A DNA stretch of 25,418 bases, taken from the NCBI GenBank assembly GCA_030141605.1, contig JAQGDQ010000691.1, positions 86,242 through 111,659 of the forward strand. Reading direction: 5' to 3'. This stretch comes from Tubiluchus corallicola (lineage: Eukaryota; Animalia; Priapulida). The position numbers and the translations under genes were made by a program. A model generated the notes under the pieces. It was not told the DNA's origin. It worked only from the letters and a program-made list of their open reading frames with translations, and made no database searches. Of the stretch, positions 9,206 through 19,613 are shown piece after piece (the stretch's first letter is position 1; every line of letters begins with the position of its first letter).

Positions 9206-12200
9206 CTCCTTGGGCTCCAGCTGACTCCTCTTCAAATATAACCATTTCTGCTATATCTCCTTCCTTAATCTGCCATTTTTCTTCTTCTTCTTTTTCATCT
9301 GCCTCTGGTGAGTCAGCATCCGTTTCTTCTGTTGCAGAATTCTTAGCGTCTGCTGCAGCTTTGTCAAGAAGCTCTGCCTCGCCAGGATATTCTTCTTCGC
9401 GTAAAGAATCTGCAGGTAGTGCGTAGAACACGTCTTTGTCCTTGGCATTCTCTGGCTTATCTATTTGGCTAGCTCTTCTTTGCCTAGTTTCAGTTTTTGA
9501 CTTATCGGCTTCAATCTTTTCTCGTATCAATTCTTCTAAGTAATTATCTCTTATGGCAGTGTATGGATTTACTGGTGATTGATCTTTTACAGGTACTTTT
9601 TCCGTATCTGCCATCTCACTTTCCTTCGGTGTTTCTCTGCTTTGCAGTGTTTTCATCTTATTGCGATTATTTAGATCTTTTCCTTTGTTTTTCCGACCTT
9701 GTCTCTCGTAAGGTGGAACTATTGATGCCTTCTCAGATTCACTATGCTGGTCTTTACTGACGTCGTTGTAATGATTATTTCCATTTGCAATGTATTCACT
9801 TACTTTCGTGTTTGTTTCGGATTTCCGTTGTCTTTGTCTCTCATCAACAGCTGTGTAGTCTTTATCAAAAATATAATTACTGTCTCTGTCACTCACATCA
9901 GATTCAGTTTTCCGGTACTGCTTTTCATGTGCCCTATTGTTTTCATCATCATCATCATTGTTATTACTGTTGTCGCCATTGACATCGTAATCCTCTCCGT
10001 ATTCATCATCATTATCACCGTCGTCAGTACTATCATTATCTTCTTCGTTGCTGTCAAGCCTTTTATACTTTTCACTTTCGTCATTATCATCATTGTTATT
10101 GCTGTTGTCGCCATTGGCATCGTAATCCTCACCGTATTCATCATCATTATCACCATCGTCGGTACTATCATTATCTTCTTCGTTGCTGTCAAGCCTTTTA
10201 TACTTTTCACCTTCTTTCATAATTTTCTCTGATCTTTCTAATTGCTTTTCCTCTCCATCAATGATAACACTTATGTCTTCATCTTCTTCATCATCTTTGT
10301 CAGTACCAGTGTAGTCTTTATTCTCTTCTATTCTCCTTTTGATTGTCTGTTGCCCAATATCTTGTTGTTCATTTTTGTCGTCCTCTCTATTGTCATAACT
10401 GCCAAAATGATTGCCTCCCCCATTCAATTTCGTGTTTCTTTCGGAATTTTGTTGTGTTTGCCTAGTTTCATAGTTATTTTCGTAGTTATCGTAATTATCA
10501 TCATTTTTGAAACTGTTTTCAACCTCCCTGTCTTTCGTATTGATCTCCGATTTCCGGCGTTGCATATTGTATTGCATATTGTTTTTATCCTCTCCATTAT
10601 TAGTGGTGTCACCGTTAGTATCACCATCATCATTATCCTCGTTGTTATCATCATCCTTATCATCTTCTCTATTGTTGCTGTCAAGTCTTTCATTCTCTTC
10701 ACCGAATTGCCTACCCTCTTCTTCAGCTATTTCACTCTCTTCATCCTCATCATCATCATTGCTAATATGATTGTTATATTCATTCCCTGTTATCCTGCTT
10801 TCAAATTCCTGTTGCCTTTTTTCTTGCTCTGCGGATCCGTGGACTTGTTCTTTGCTCTCATGACCTGCCAAATAGTTATCACTCCCACTCATTTTCATGT
10901 TTGCTTCCAAATTCTCTTGCCCTTGTTTCTCTTCAACAGTTTTGTGATCTTCATTGTTATTATCCGTATCAAAAATATTACGGTACTCCTTGCCCTTAAA
11001 TTCAGATTTCTGGCGCCGCTTTCCATATTGCATATTGTTTTCGTCGTCACTATTGGTGTCACCGCTGGCATTGTTATCATTCACGGTATTATCATCGTCT
11101 CCATCATCATTATCATCATCGACATTGTTGTTCTTATGTTTTCTATATGCTTCATCCTCCTTGATAATATTCTCTGATCTATCTAATTGCCTGTCAGCTA
11201 TTTTATCAGCAGTCTCTTCATCTATCATTTCACTATCTTCATTATCATCATCAACATTTATAATATCATTGTTATATTCATTCTCTGTTATCCTGCTTTC
11301 AAATTTCTGTTGCCTTTTATCGTGTTTTGCAATTCTGTAGTCTTCCTCGTTATTGTCATCATTGGCAACATAGATATAGTTATCGTCCTCTTTCTTTTTT
11401 GCATGTGTTTTAGTTTTCGATTGTCTTTGTTTTTCTTCAGCTGTTTTGTAGTCTTCATCTTCGTTATCGTTCTTGCCAGATAATTCATCATGCTGATTGT
11501 TCATCTTGTCGGTTTCAGATATCACGTGCCTTTGTATCACTTCCTTTTCTTTTTCGTCATCATCTACTTCGTCTTCATTACCGCTATCATTATCGTAGCT
11601 AATGGCCTCTTTGTTAATGCTATTTTTGTATGCTTTTCTGTTGTTTGCAAAGTTTTGTTGGAGATTTTGATCTTCTTTGTTGTCATACATGTCTGCATTT
11701 AATTCCTCATCAGTGTTACTATTCTTAGCCTCATTTGTGTTGGTTTTCGAATTACGTTGTTGTCGGATTTGATTGGCATTATTGTTTTTATTATCACTTC
11801 GGTTTTTCAAGTTATTTTTATTGCTGCTGTGTTTCTTTTTCATGCCTATTTCACTTTCCACAACAGGGTTGTGTTCCTTGTATATATTGTGCACATAATT
11901 ATTGCTTTCACTTTTATGCACTGGCCTGCTATTCTCTTGTTGTTGACTTTCGTCAGGAAAAATGTTTAGAGAGTGATGCAAATCTTTCCTCTCCACATTT
12001 GCTGCTGATTTGTTTTCAGTTTCATCTTTCTTTGTTCCTGCTGCAATCACTTTTGCTAATTTCTTTACGCCTTTTGCTACACCTTTTCCCATAATTTTTC
12101 CTATTTCCAATAAATGTCCTGGTATGCTTCCCTCTGTGGCGGCAGCGGTGGCAGGAGTAGCATCTTCGCTCTTAGTATCATTATTATCAGGCGGATATTC

Positions 12201-13597
12201 GGCTAATTCGTGAGGTCCTTCTTTTGTCTCGTTTGCACTCGAATCTTGTCCCGCTTCCGTATCACGATTCTGTTTGCCCGTTCGTCTTGATTTTTTCTTG
12301 TGCACATGCTTGTATCTATTTACCTTGTACTTTCGATGAATTGGGTTATTGACCAGATGCCTGTGCTCTTTAACATGCGAAACTTGATTGATGCTGTCGC
12401 GTTTTTTTGGCATATTTCGACCTTTTCTACTGCGCAGATAATTGTTGTAGTGACGTGGCACATTTGTTCTTGATACTTTGTTTTTGTTGTAATCCTTGAG
12501 TGCAGTGTCTGTATCGCGGTTATTGCCCGCTTCGGAATCTTTCTCCTCTGCCCTTTTTATGTGCCACTTTTGCGCATCCGAAGGTGCTATCACTTCTTTC
12601 ATTGTTTCAATGTCGGTGCTAGGTATATCTTCATTATGTGCCTGAGAATCGTGAGATACTAAACGGCCACCGCCGTGTACTTGTTCAAGATACTTGCCTA
12701 ATTCACCTTGTGCGTTTTCTATTTTTTCGTCTTCCTGTAATAATTCCTCCGACAGTTTGTTTTGGTACGCATTCATGTCACTGTTTTCATCGTAATTCGC
12801 GTTTAAATTATCCTTTTCTCCACCACGAGCATTGCTCTTTTCATCACCTTTATATGTGGCAAAATCGTTGCTATTCTTTGCATCGCCATCATTTGTAGCA
12901 GAGACGGCATTGCTATTTTTATGATCATTATCTGCTGCCAGGTCATTTTTATTTTCTATTTCCTCCTTTGCAACAGAATCAACAAGGCTGCTTATACTCT
13001 CACTGTCTGTGCCTATATCATTATTGCTTTTTGACTGATCACTATCTATGACATCAATGTTGTTATTTTCGTTACCATTGTTTGCTGCCACGCTGCCATC
13101 AACCTTTGTTTCATCCTCACTTGCAACCACATATTCATTATTATTATTTGCAGTAATGTCAGCGTCATCACTTTTTTCATCTCCATTTGCAGTATCAGTA
13201 TTGCTGTTTTCGCCATTGTTTTGCAAGGTATCGTTAAATAATACTTCATCACTAAACTCTGTATCCGTCTCGTTATCAGAGCTATTTGGTACGACTATAG
13301 TTTCTGCCAGGCTGCCGTTTTTATTTTTCCACTCAGGAATTGGTAATGGTTGGTCAGTATGTTGTGCAAGTTTTTGCCCCCGCTGTCCCATGGCGTCTTT
13401 GCTGACGTTTAAAAACTGTAACTTGTTGCCAAGTGCTCTGGCCTGTTGCAAAATCTTGTCCTTCACAGTCGGGTCTTTACTGGCACCCAAGAGCTCCTTG
13501 GCTATCCAATCAGCATCAGCTTCACTTTTCAGGTCAACGGGGTCGTGTGCTACTGGATCGTATGGGTCATCAACATCCCTTTCGACGCCAGCTTCAA
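9206..13597 (-). CDS. Nested gene exon 3: 4392-nt giant exon encoding ~1464 aa of D/E/N/K-rich low-complexity, internally repeated sequence
   Basis: Uninterrupted 4.4-kb ORF in AT-rich DNA; acceptor atattttcag|TT GAA and donor GGA G|gtgagt, symmetric phase 1-1. The ORF-track start at 13682 lies inside a MITE and is not the real start. Confidence 0.9.
9945..10210 (-). repeat. Coding tandem duplication, 135 nt (45 aa) x2: EKYKRLDSNEEDNDSTDDGDNDDEYGEDYD(A/V)NGDNSNNNDD..
   Basis: AAGCCTTTTATACTTTTCAC occurs at 10056 and 10191; the copies are near-identical and in frame. Confidence 0.92.
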
Positions 13598-13641
13598 CTG
13601 AAAATATATTGATAGAGTTTTGATAATTGTACATTGTACAG

Positions 13642-14108
13642 CAGGGGTGTGCAAATTGCGGCCCGCCGAGAGAATTTGTCAACCTAATGAAAATGCGGCC
13701 CGGACGATTAATTGAGTGTATCCAGCTGAAGTCCGTAAAACTATCCCAAAGATAGTGCGGGTTGTTTTTTCTACTAGATCGGATGCCATTAACCCTTACA
13801 AGACCCTTACTTGTAGCTTAATGTCACTGTACTACACAGACTGTGTGATACACATTACTAATATGCATTGTAATGAAATTACCACTATCTGCCCTGAAAG
13901 TAGAAATATATGGTTAGTTGTAATATAAATTTTAATAACTTCTAAAATAGTTTCTTGAGTGCAGTAGTAATGATGTACGCAGGTCGGATGCAAAAAATCT
14001 TTATTAGGTCCTACTGCACTTGGCTCCTTGATCAAACTGCATGTGGACGACAGGAATTGCGGGAAAGTTTAATGTGGCCCGGCTAGTCAGATAATTTGCA
14101 CACCCTTG
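13642..14108. mobile_element. Non-autonomous hAT-type DNA transposon (MITE family A, copy 2)
   Basis: TIRs CAGGGGTGTGCAAATT / AATTTGCACACCCTTG; perfect 8-bp TSD TTGTACAG (13634-13641, 14109-14116); same orientation as the 5949-6429 copy. Confidence 0.94.
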
Positions 14109-14361
14109 TTGTACAGCAAAAACATACGCCAGTAAGCAAAACTGGGTGCGTGTGTTTCTCATTCTTGGCATCTGGTGTATGTATTTGTTTTCTAAGCTAA
14201 AGAAAGTGTCATTCATCAGTACTGAGTCAATGGCTAAAATTTTTGATATATAATGTGGTGGTGGTGGTGGTGGTACTCTGCCTTATTCACTATGTCAGTA
14301 TGATCATTATGATGCAGCATAAATTTTTAACGATGTACCAGAGAAATGAATGTATGGAATC

Positions 14362-14737
14362 TAGGGGTGAGCATCGAATGTTCGAATTTGATTCAAACGA
14401 GTTGTTTTAGTTCGGACTCGATTCGAATCCAAAACTATAGATTCGAATAATTCAGCACTTCAATCACACATGTTCTTTATCACTAAAACGATTGAAACAT
14501 CATGCAATTAGCATAATTTAGCTGTGATTTCTGCACACAATTTTAAAGAAATTACTAGTCGTTTTATTGCAGAACAAAATCTAGTGATATGCATGATCTT
14601 TGTAAGACTAATTTTTGCTGGTGGTTCGAAAACTTGTTCGAAAATCTTTCGATCTCAATTCGAATTCGGTTCGAATTCGAAACACCAATGTTCGGTTCGA
14701 TTCGAATTCGCTTTCCAGTACAGAATGCTCACCCCTA
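14362..14737. mobile_element. Non-autonomous hAT-type DNA transposon (MITE family B)
   Basis: 13-bp TIRs TAGGGGTGAGCAT / ATGCTCACCCCTA; perfect 8-bp TSD ATGGAATC (14354-14361, 14738-14745); clusters of subterminal TTCGAA/TTCG motifs at both ends. Confidence 0.92.
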
Positions 14738-15394
14738 ATGGAATCCAACAAAGATGATAGTTGGTTAGTTCTTTACTGAGCTTTGTGATATACTAAGTGA
14801 AAGATTGCAGCGTGAAGGATCAAGCTGTGTCAGTTGAGGTCCATTCCAAACAATATTGCACCAAACTAAAGGGAGTGTACTAAAAACTTATATGAAATGG
14901 TCAAAGATGGGTACCAGAAAAGTAAACTTTTCTTGTTTAGCAACATCGTGTGAAAAACTAATTATAGATTTAGCAACCAACAGTGATGTATTTTGTGCAA
15001 ATTTTCAGTTCCAATTTTGTAAACTCCTCAACTTCTCTTGTTTTAAAGCTAAACTCGGGTCGACCCTGCGATACGGCGCAACCCACCTCAACTGACAGGT
15101 CGAAACAGTCATAGACATACGCTCAGGCCGACTGATTTCCAGCAACTAGAAAGATATGAGTTACCACAAGTAACTTGCAACACTGGTCAGGTCAATGACG
15201 ACTGAGCGTACTGAAATGAAATGGTCTCTGACCAGAGCACGTGACCAAACCACTGTCATCAACGAATAATGTTCAGGTTAAAATTGGGTGGATACTGTGT
15301 GCCGTGAGTAGAACATGAGTAACTCCCCGGAAGGGAGTTGCTTGTATCATGGACTTGCTTATGTCCTCTGAACTAGCAGTGTAGTGTATGCCGC

Positions 15395-15981
15395 CAGTTG
15401 CCATGCCTTCAGTTACTCAAAACTCACAAAAGTTTTTGAAAATAGGAAGATTTCTTTGGAAACAAAAATTAGAATATTCTCTGCCTTAGTCGAAAGTGTA
15501 TTTCTCTGTAACTCTGAGCTCTGGACATTGAAAGCAAATCATAAAGCTGAAATCGATGCGTTTCAAAGGCGAAATTACATAATCATTTTGGGTATTAGAT
15601 GGCCAAAGAAAATTTCAAACAAAGATATATATGAAAAATTAAAAGAAGAACCTTGGACAAGAAAAATACAAAGACACCGTTTAAGATGGATTGGGCATAT
15701 GCTTAAACTACCTGATAATATTCCAGTGAAGATAGCTCTTCAACAAGCCATAGAACCAGCTAGAAAACCTGCAGGAGGACAAATGTTAACATATTTAGAT
15801 TTTGCACAGAAAGATTTAAACACTTCAGCATTGATCCTTAGAAATAAATCCACTTGGGGCATTGCAGCAAGTAGGGAGTCCTGGCATAGAGAGGTTAGCA
15901 GAATCATGTCCCTGGACGTATGATTCATTGATGATGATGATGATGATGATGATGACGATGACGACGACGGTGATGATGATG
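15395..15981 (+). mobile_element. RTE-clade LINE, 3' end of ORF plus (GAT)n tail
   Basis: ORF 15384-15923 has RTE C-terminal motifs: ISLETKIRIF..LVESVFLCNSELWTL, FQRR..ILGIRW..ISN, RLRWIGHM, A.SRESW. It is followed by a very short 3' UTR and a GAT/GAC trinucleotide tail (15930-15981). The RT core is absent. Confidence 0.9.
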
Positions 15982-16131
15982 AAGTCTTCACTTGCTCTCA
16001 TTTGCATCACAAGGTCGACCTAAGTCTGGCTTAACTAATTCATTGCTGATTAACACACGCATTGTTTGGTACTTTCTTTATTCATTTTCTCAATATTACC
16101 CACAATTTTGTGATCTTATTAATGAACTTAC

Positions 16132-17034
16132 CCTCTTCTTCTTCCTCTATCATGTGTGCTTTTACATTCATGGGGTTGTTGTTCTTATCGCTCTCATCTT
16201 GGAACAGCTCGCCCTTATCGTCATCTTCGTCTGTCGATTCAGCGGATGCGCTGGAGTTAGCATTTGCTGGCACGTCTGGAGCATCAACGTCGGATTCTAT
16301 GCCCACATTTCCCAGGTCTTCTTTTGGTACATTGTTGTCGGCGGGGCTAGGTGCTGATTTAGGTTCGTCGTTTGATGCGGTCATTGTTTCGACCGGTGGT
16401 GATGTTTCTGGTGTACTTTCGGCGGGTTCTGATGCTTTTTCAGGTGGCGAAGTTCCTTGTGGTGTATTATTTGTATTGTTGTCTCTTTTTTGTACTGTCT
16501 TGTTTGATGCTTTTTGTTTCTTCTGTATTTCCTCTATGAATCCTCTGGGAATATTTTCGTTGGTCACATTCGTCCCGTTAAGAACCTGTTCCACCTTTCT
16601 CATGTGCTCTCTTGCAACTGCATCAATTACACTCGCGTTGTTTGATGCTTTTTGTTTCTTCTGTATTTCCTGTATAAATCCTCTAGGAATATTTTCGTTG
16701 GTCACATTCGTCCCGTTAAGAGCCTGTTGCACTTTTCTCATGTGTTCTCTTGCAACTGCATCAATTATACTCGTGTTGGCCTGCTTAAAGACCGTACCGT
16801 TTCTGTTGGTGCCATTCGAGAGCTGCGTAGGTGGTAAAGCAGCACTTGCCTTTGTGATTCCAGCTGTTCGCTTTCTGCGACTGCTGCTGTTCTTTTTCTC
16901 TGTAGCTTGGAGTATTGCATCTAATGGTTCGAGGTTCACCGATTCTTTAACTTCTTCTCTGGACGCGTTTTGTGATTTATGTAGATCAGTGATATTGCTC
17001 GCAGCTTGTACAACTGGTATTAGGTGGCCTGCAA
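16132..17034 (-). CDS. Nested gene exon 2 (903 nt): RRKR furin-type site, two 46-aa repeats, Pro/Ser/Thr/acidic stretch, many N-x-S/T sequons
   Basis: Acceptor tatttctcag|TT GCA, donor GAG G|gtaagt, phase 1-1, in frame with ORF 16082-16939. Confidence 0.87.
16502..16777 (-). repeat. Coding tandem duplication, 138 nt (46 aa) x2: N(T/A)S(I/V)IDAVAREHMRKV(Q/E)Q(A/V)LNGTNVTNENIPRGFI(Q/E)EIQKKQKASN
   Basis: TTTGATGCTTTTTGTTTCTTCTGTATTTCC occurs at 16503 and 16641. Confidence 0.93.
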
Positions 17035-17726
17035 CTGAGAAATAACAATTGCTGATTGTTTAATTTCATTTGTCCACATTAGTAAAATTTAACTACGAGT
17101 CTTGCATTTGCATGTTAATTGCTCCATTGTTATTCGCCAACTTAGTAAATAATTGTCAGTAATTTTGCTTTCATTTTCATTTCTATTGTGCAGTTGTATG
17201 TAACGTATCATTGTACTTAATTTGTAATGGTCTTTTTGTTTAATAAAAAACACTATAGTTGTTTTTATAGTTAGAACTCTAACACGTTGCTGGTTGAAGC
17301 AATTTTTGGTAAAAGTTGTCACCAAACTACCAGAAACTTGTCAATTTTTTTAATAACATGACGATTTTATGAAATATGGATTATCAATAACAGAAAATAA
17401 CTTGATAAAAAGCAGGCAAAGTGTGCAAAAACTAATAAGTTTTTCGACTGTTACTCATTAATTAAAGTGCTAATTCTGGAATGCTAATTGTTTTCTCTTT
17501 GCTATATCTTTGCAACAGAAATTATCATTAGACTTGACTGAGGAAAAGAAAGCGCAAAAAATGACAACGTGATAATTAATTTTGATCTTTCTGATTTCTG
17601 ATTATGAAAATAACCACCTATTCCAAAGTGCAATGGAGCAATTTATTTATCAGTCTAGCAGCTAATGTATTTTTTATTCTCAATTTTTGGCCATGGTTTT
17701 TCTATGGACATCAGCTTTTTAATGCC

Positions 17727-17967
17727 TTAATGACTTTTAGTTCTTTCAGAATATTGCACAAAAACTAAATATCGTCACTATGACTAGTATCATCTTCTTC
17801 ATTGACACTGTTGTCTTCATCATCATCGTCATCGTCATCACCATCATGGCTTAATGACTTTTAATTCTTCAAGCATATTGCATAAAAACTAAATATCGTC
17901 ACTATGACTACTATTATCTTCTTCATTGACACTGTTGTCTTCATCATCATCATCATCATCATCATCG

Positions 17968-18009
<42 letters not shown>

Positions 18010-18125
18010 CAATCATCGTCATCATCATCACAATCATCATCGTCATCATCATCATCATCATCGGCGTCGTCATAATCATCATCATCGTCATCATCATCGT
18101 CGTCATCATCATCATTATCATCTTC
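17727..18125. repeat. 124-bp tandem duplication ending in an expanded (CAT)n/(CGT) microsatellite (~17940-18122)
   Basis: TTAATGACTTTTA..AAAAACTAAATATCGTCACTATGACTA..CATTGACACTGTTGTCTTCATCATC starts at 17727 and 17851. The second copy has about 60 trinucleotide units. Confidence 0.9.
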
Positions 18126-18288
18126 AAGGCTATACAGTTATCACCTGTATTAAGGAAGCCACAGGCATGAAATCCATGGAATAAATGGCTTCATCAAGGA
18201 GTTGTAAAGAGCTTATAAATCAAATTAGAAACATTGAACTGGAAAAGGTGATTAATTACTAAAGAAAAATTAAGTAAAACAAACTCAC

Positions 18289-18904
18289 TATTTTTAATGT
18301 AAGCTTTTGATGCTGTTCCTTGTGCTCCTGATTGATTTGTTTGCATTGAACTAAATTCGGTTATAATTTTTACTTCCTCCCGGAATTTTCCCTCGCGAGG
18401 AAGTTTAGTTGTCGTTGACTCTGCGAGCTTTTCTATAAGGTATTCCTCTGACAGATTAGCATTATCCACAAGAAAAGAAAGCAAGTCTTGCCGATGATCA
18501 ACCGTTTTACTGGTGTTCAGGAGATGTTGGCTAAGTGTTGTTCGAGTTGCGTTAGTGTTTTTAACACCTTCATCATCGCTTTCCTTTTTATCCTGCCCAA
18601 ATATAATGTCCAACAAGGCTCTTGGTACCGTTTCATATCGAAACAGTCCTGCTAGCCGTGTGGCATTTTGGGAAGGCCATTTAAATGTTTCGTGTGTGGT
18701 TGTACTTTCTAATCTGTTTGGCCACGTTTCCCGCGTTGCATTTGGCAAGCTTTGTATACTGGCAGTCGTTGTGTTATTTGTATCTTCTGTTTTGTCAACG
18801 TCTTGATTTGATTTTACTGCAATTTTTTGCACGATAAAAATGCCAAGCGCGCTTCCGATTATAACTAGACAGCCAGCAATCAATATTTTCTTATTCAAGT
18901 CCAT
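18289..18904 (-). CDS. Nested gene exon 1: start codon, hydrophobic signal-anchor/signal peptide (KKILIAGCLVIIGSALGIFIVQK), Thr-rich N-glycosylatable stalk
   Basis: ATG at 18904, basic residues followed by ~19 hydrophobic residues, donor AAT A|gtgagt (phase 1) matching the acceptor at 17034; TATA and Inr-like motifs upstream. Confidence 0.85.
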
Positions 18905-18957
18905 TGCAATTTAAAACTAATTTCAGTAAACATTTTTAAACTTTCCCTCGCTTTTGG

Positions 18958-18991
18958 AACTGTCAGTCAGCCCATTATTGTGCGTTTTATA
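18958..18991 (-). promoter_or_regulatory. Core promoter of the nested gene: TATAAAA plus initiator-like ACAGTT
   Basis: TATAAAA at 18991-18985 lies exactly 30 nt upstream of the A (18961) in gacAgtt, similar to the TCAKTY initiator. This gives a 57-nt 5' UTR before the ATG. Confidence 0.5.
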
Positions 18992-19280
18992 ATTTAGAAC
19001 ACAGTTGTAACAATGGAGTGCTGGGCCTGTAGGTTTTCATGGAATCATATTGTCATAAAACAATAGAGTGGCAGCATTGTAAAAACTGTTAGCATAAATT
19101 CCACCATCGAAGATTTTGTACCTTTAGTATTATCGGGTTTTCTGATTGTATTTGCTGATACTTGTGTAGTCCCTACATGCTACAGTTTCAATAACCACTA
19201 GGTCCAACCGACTACCCGACAATGAACTCGTAGGAGTCTTATATTAGCACCATCTTATTTCTTCTGTTTTTTCCCTACAG

Positions 19281-19391
19281 CAGGGCCGGCCTTAAGCATA
19301 GGCAAACTAGGCAACCGCCTAGGACCTCACCCTCCAGGGGGGGCCTCAGCGCGCCGAGGTAGCATTTTTTTGCTTTATGCGAATATACTGC

Positions 19392-19455
<64 letters not shown>

Positions 19456-19521
19456 CCTCTCTCTCTCTCTTTCGCTCTCTCTCTGTCTCTCTCTCTCTCT
19501 CTTTCTCTCTCCCTCTCATCC

Positions 19522-19552
<31 letters not shown>

Positions 19553-19580
19553 CCCCCTCTCTCTCTTTCTCTCTCCCTCC

Positions 19581-19613
<33 letters not shown>

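Noticed and set aside
9497-13623. Hydrophobic or Ser/Leu-rich + strand ORFs, and alternate-frame Met/Thr-rich - strand ORFs
   Set aside because: They are shadow frames of the D/N/E-rich giant exon. The same applies to 15992-17045 and 18513-18806.
13598-13682. N-terminus of the 1502-aa ORF as listed in the track
   Set aside because: The start lies within a MITE TIR and is not ATG. A good acceptor at 13598-13599 defines the real exon start. The last residues (ECNHGNRLQ) are also intronic, after the donor at 9205.
17861-18170. Poly-Met and poly-Ile ORFs
   Set aside because: They are frames of the (CAT)n microsatellite.
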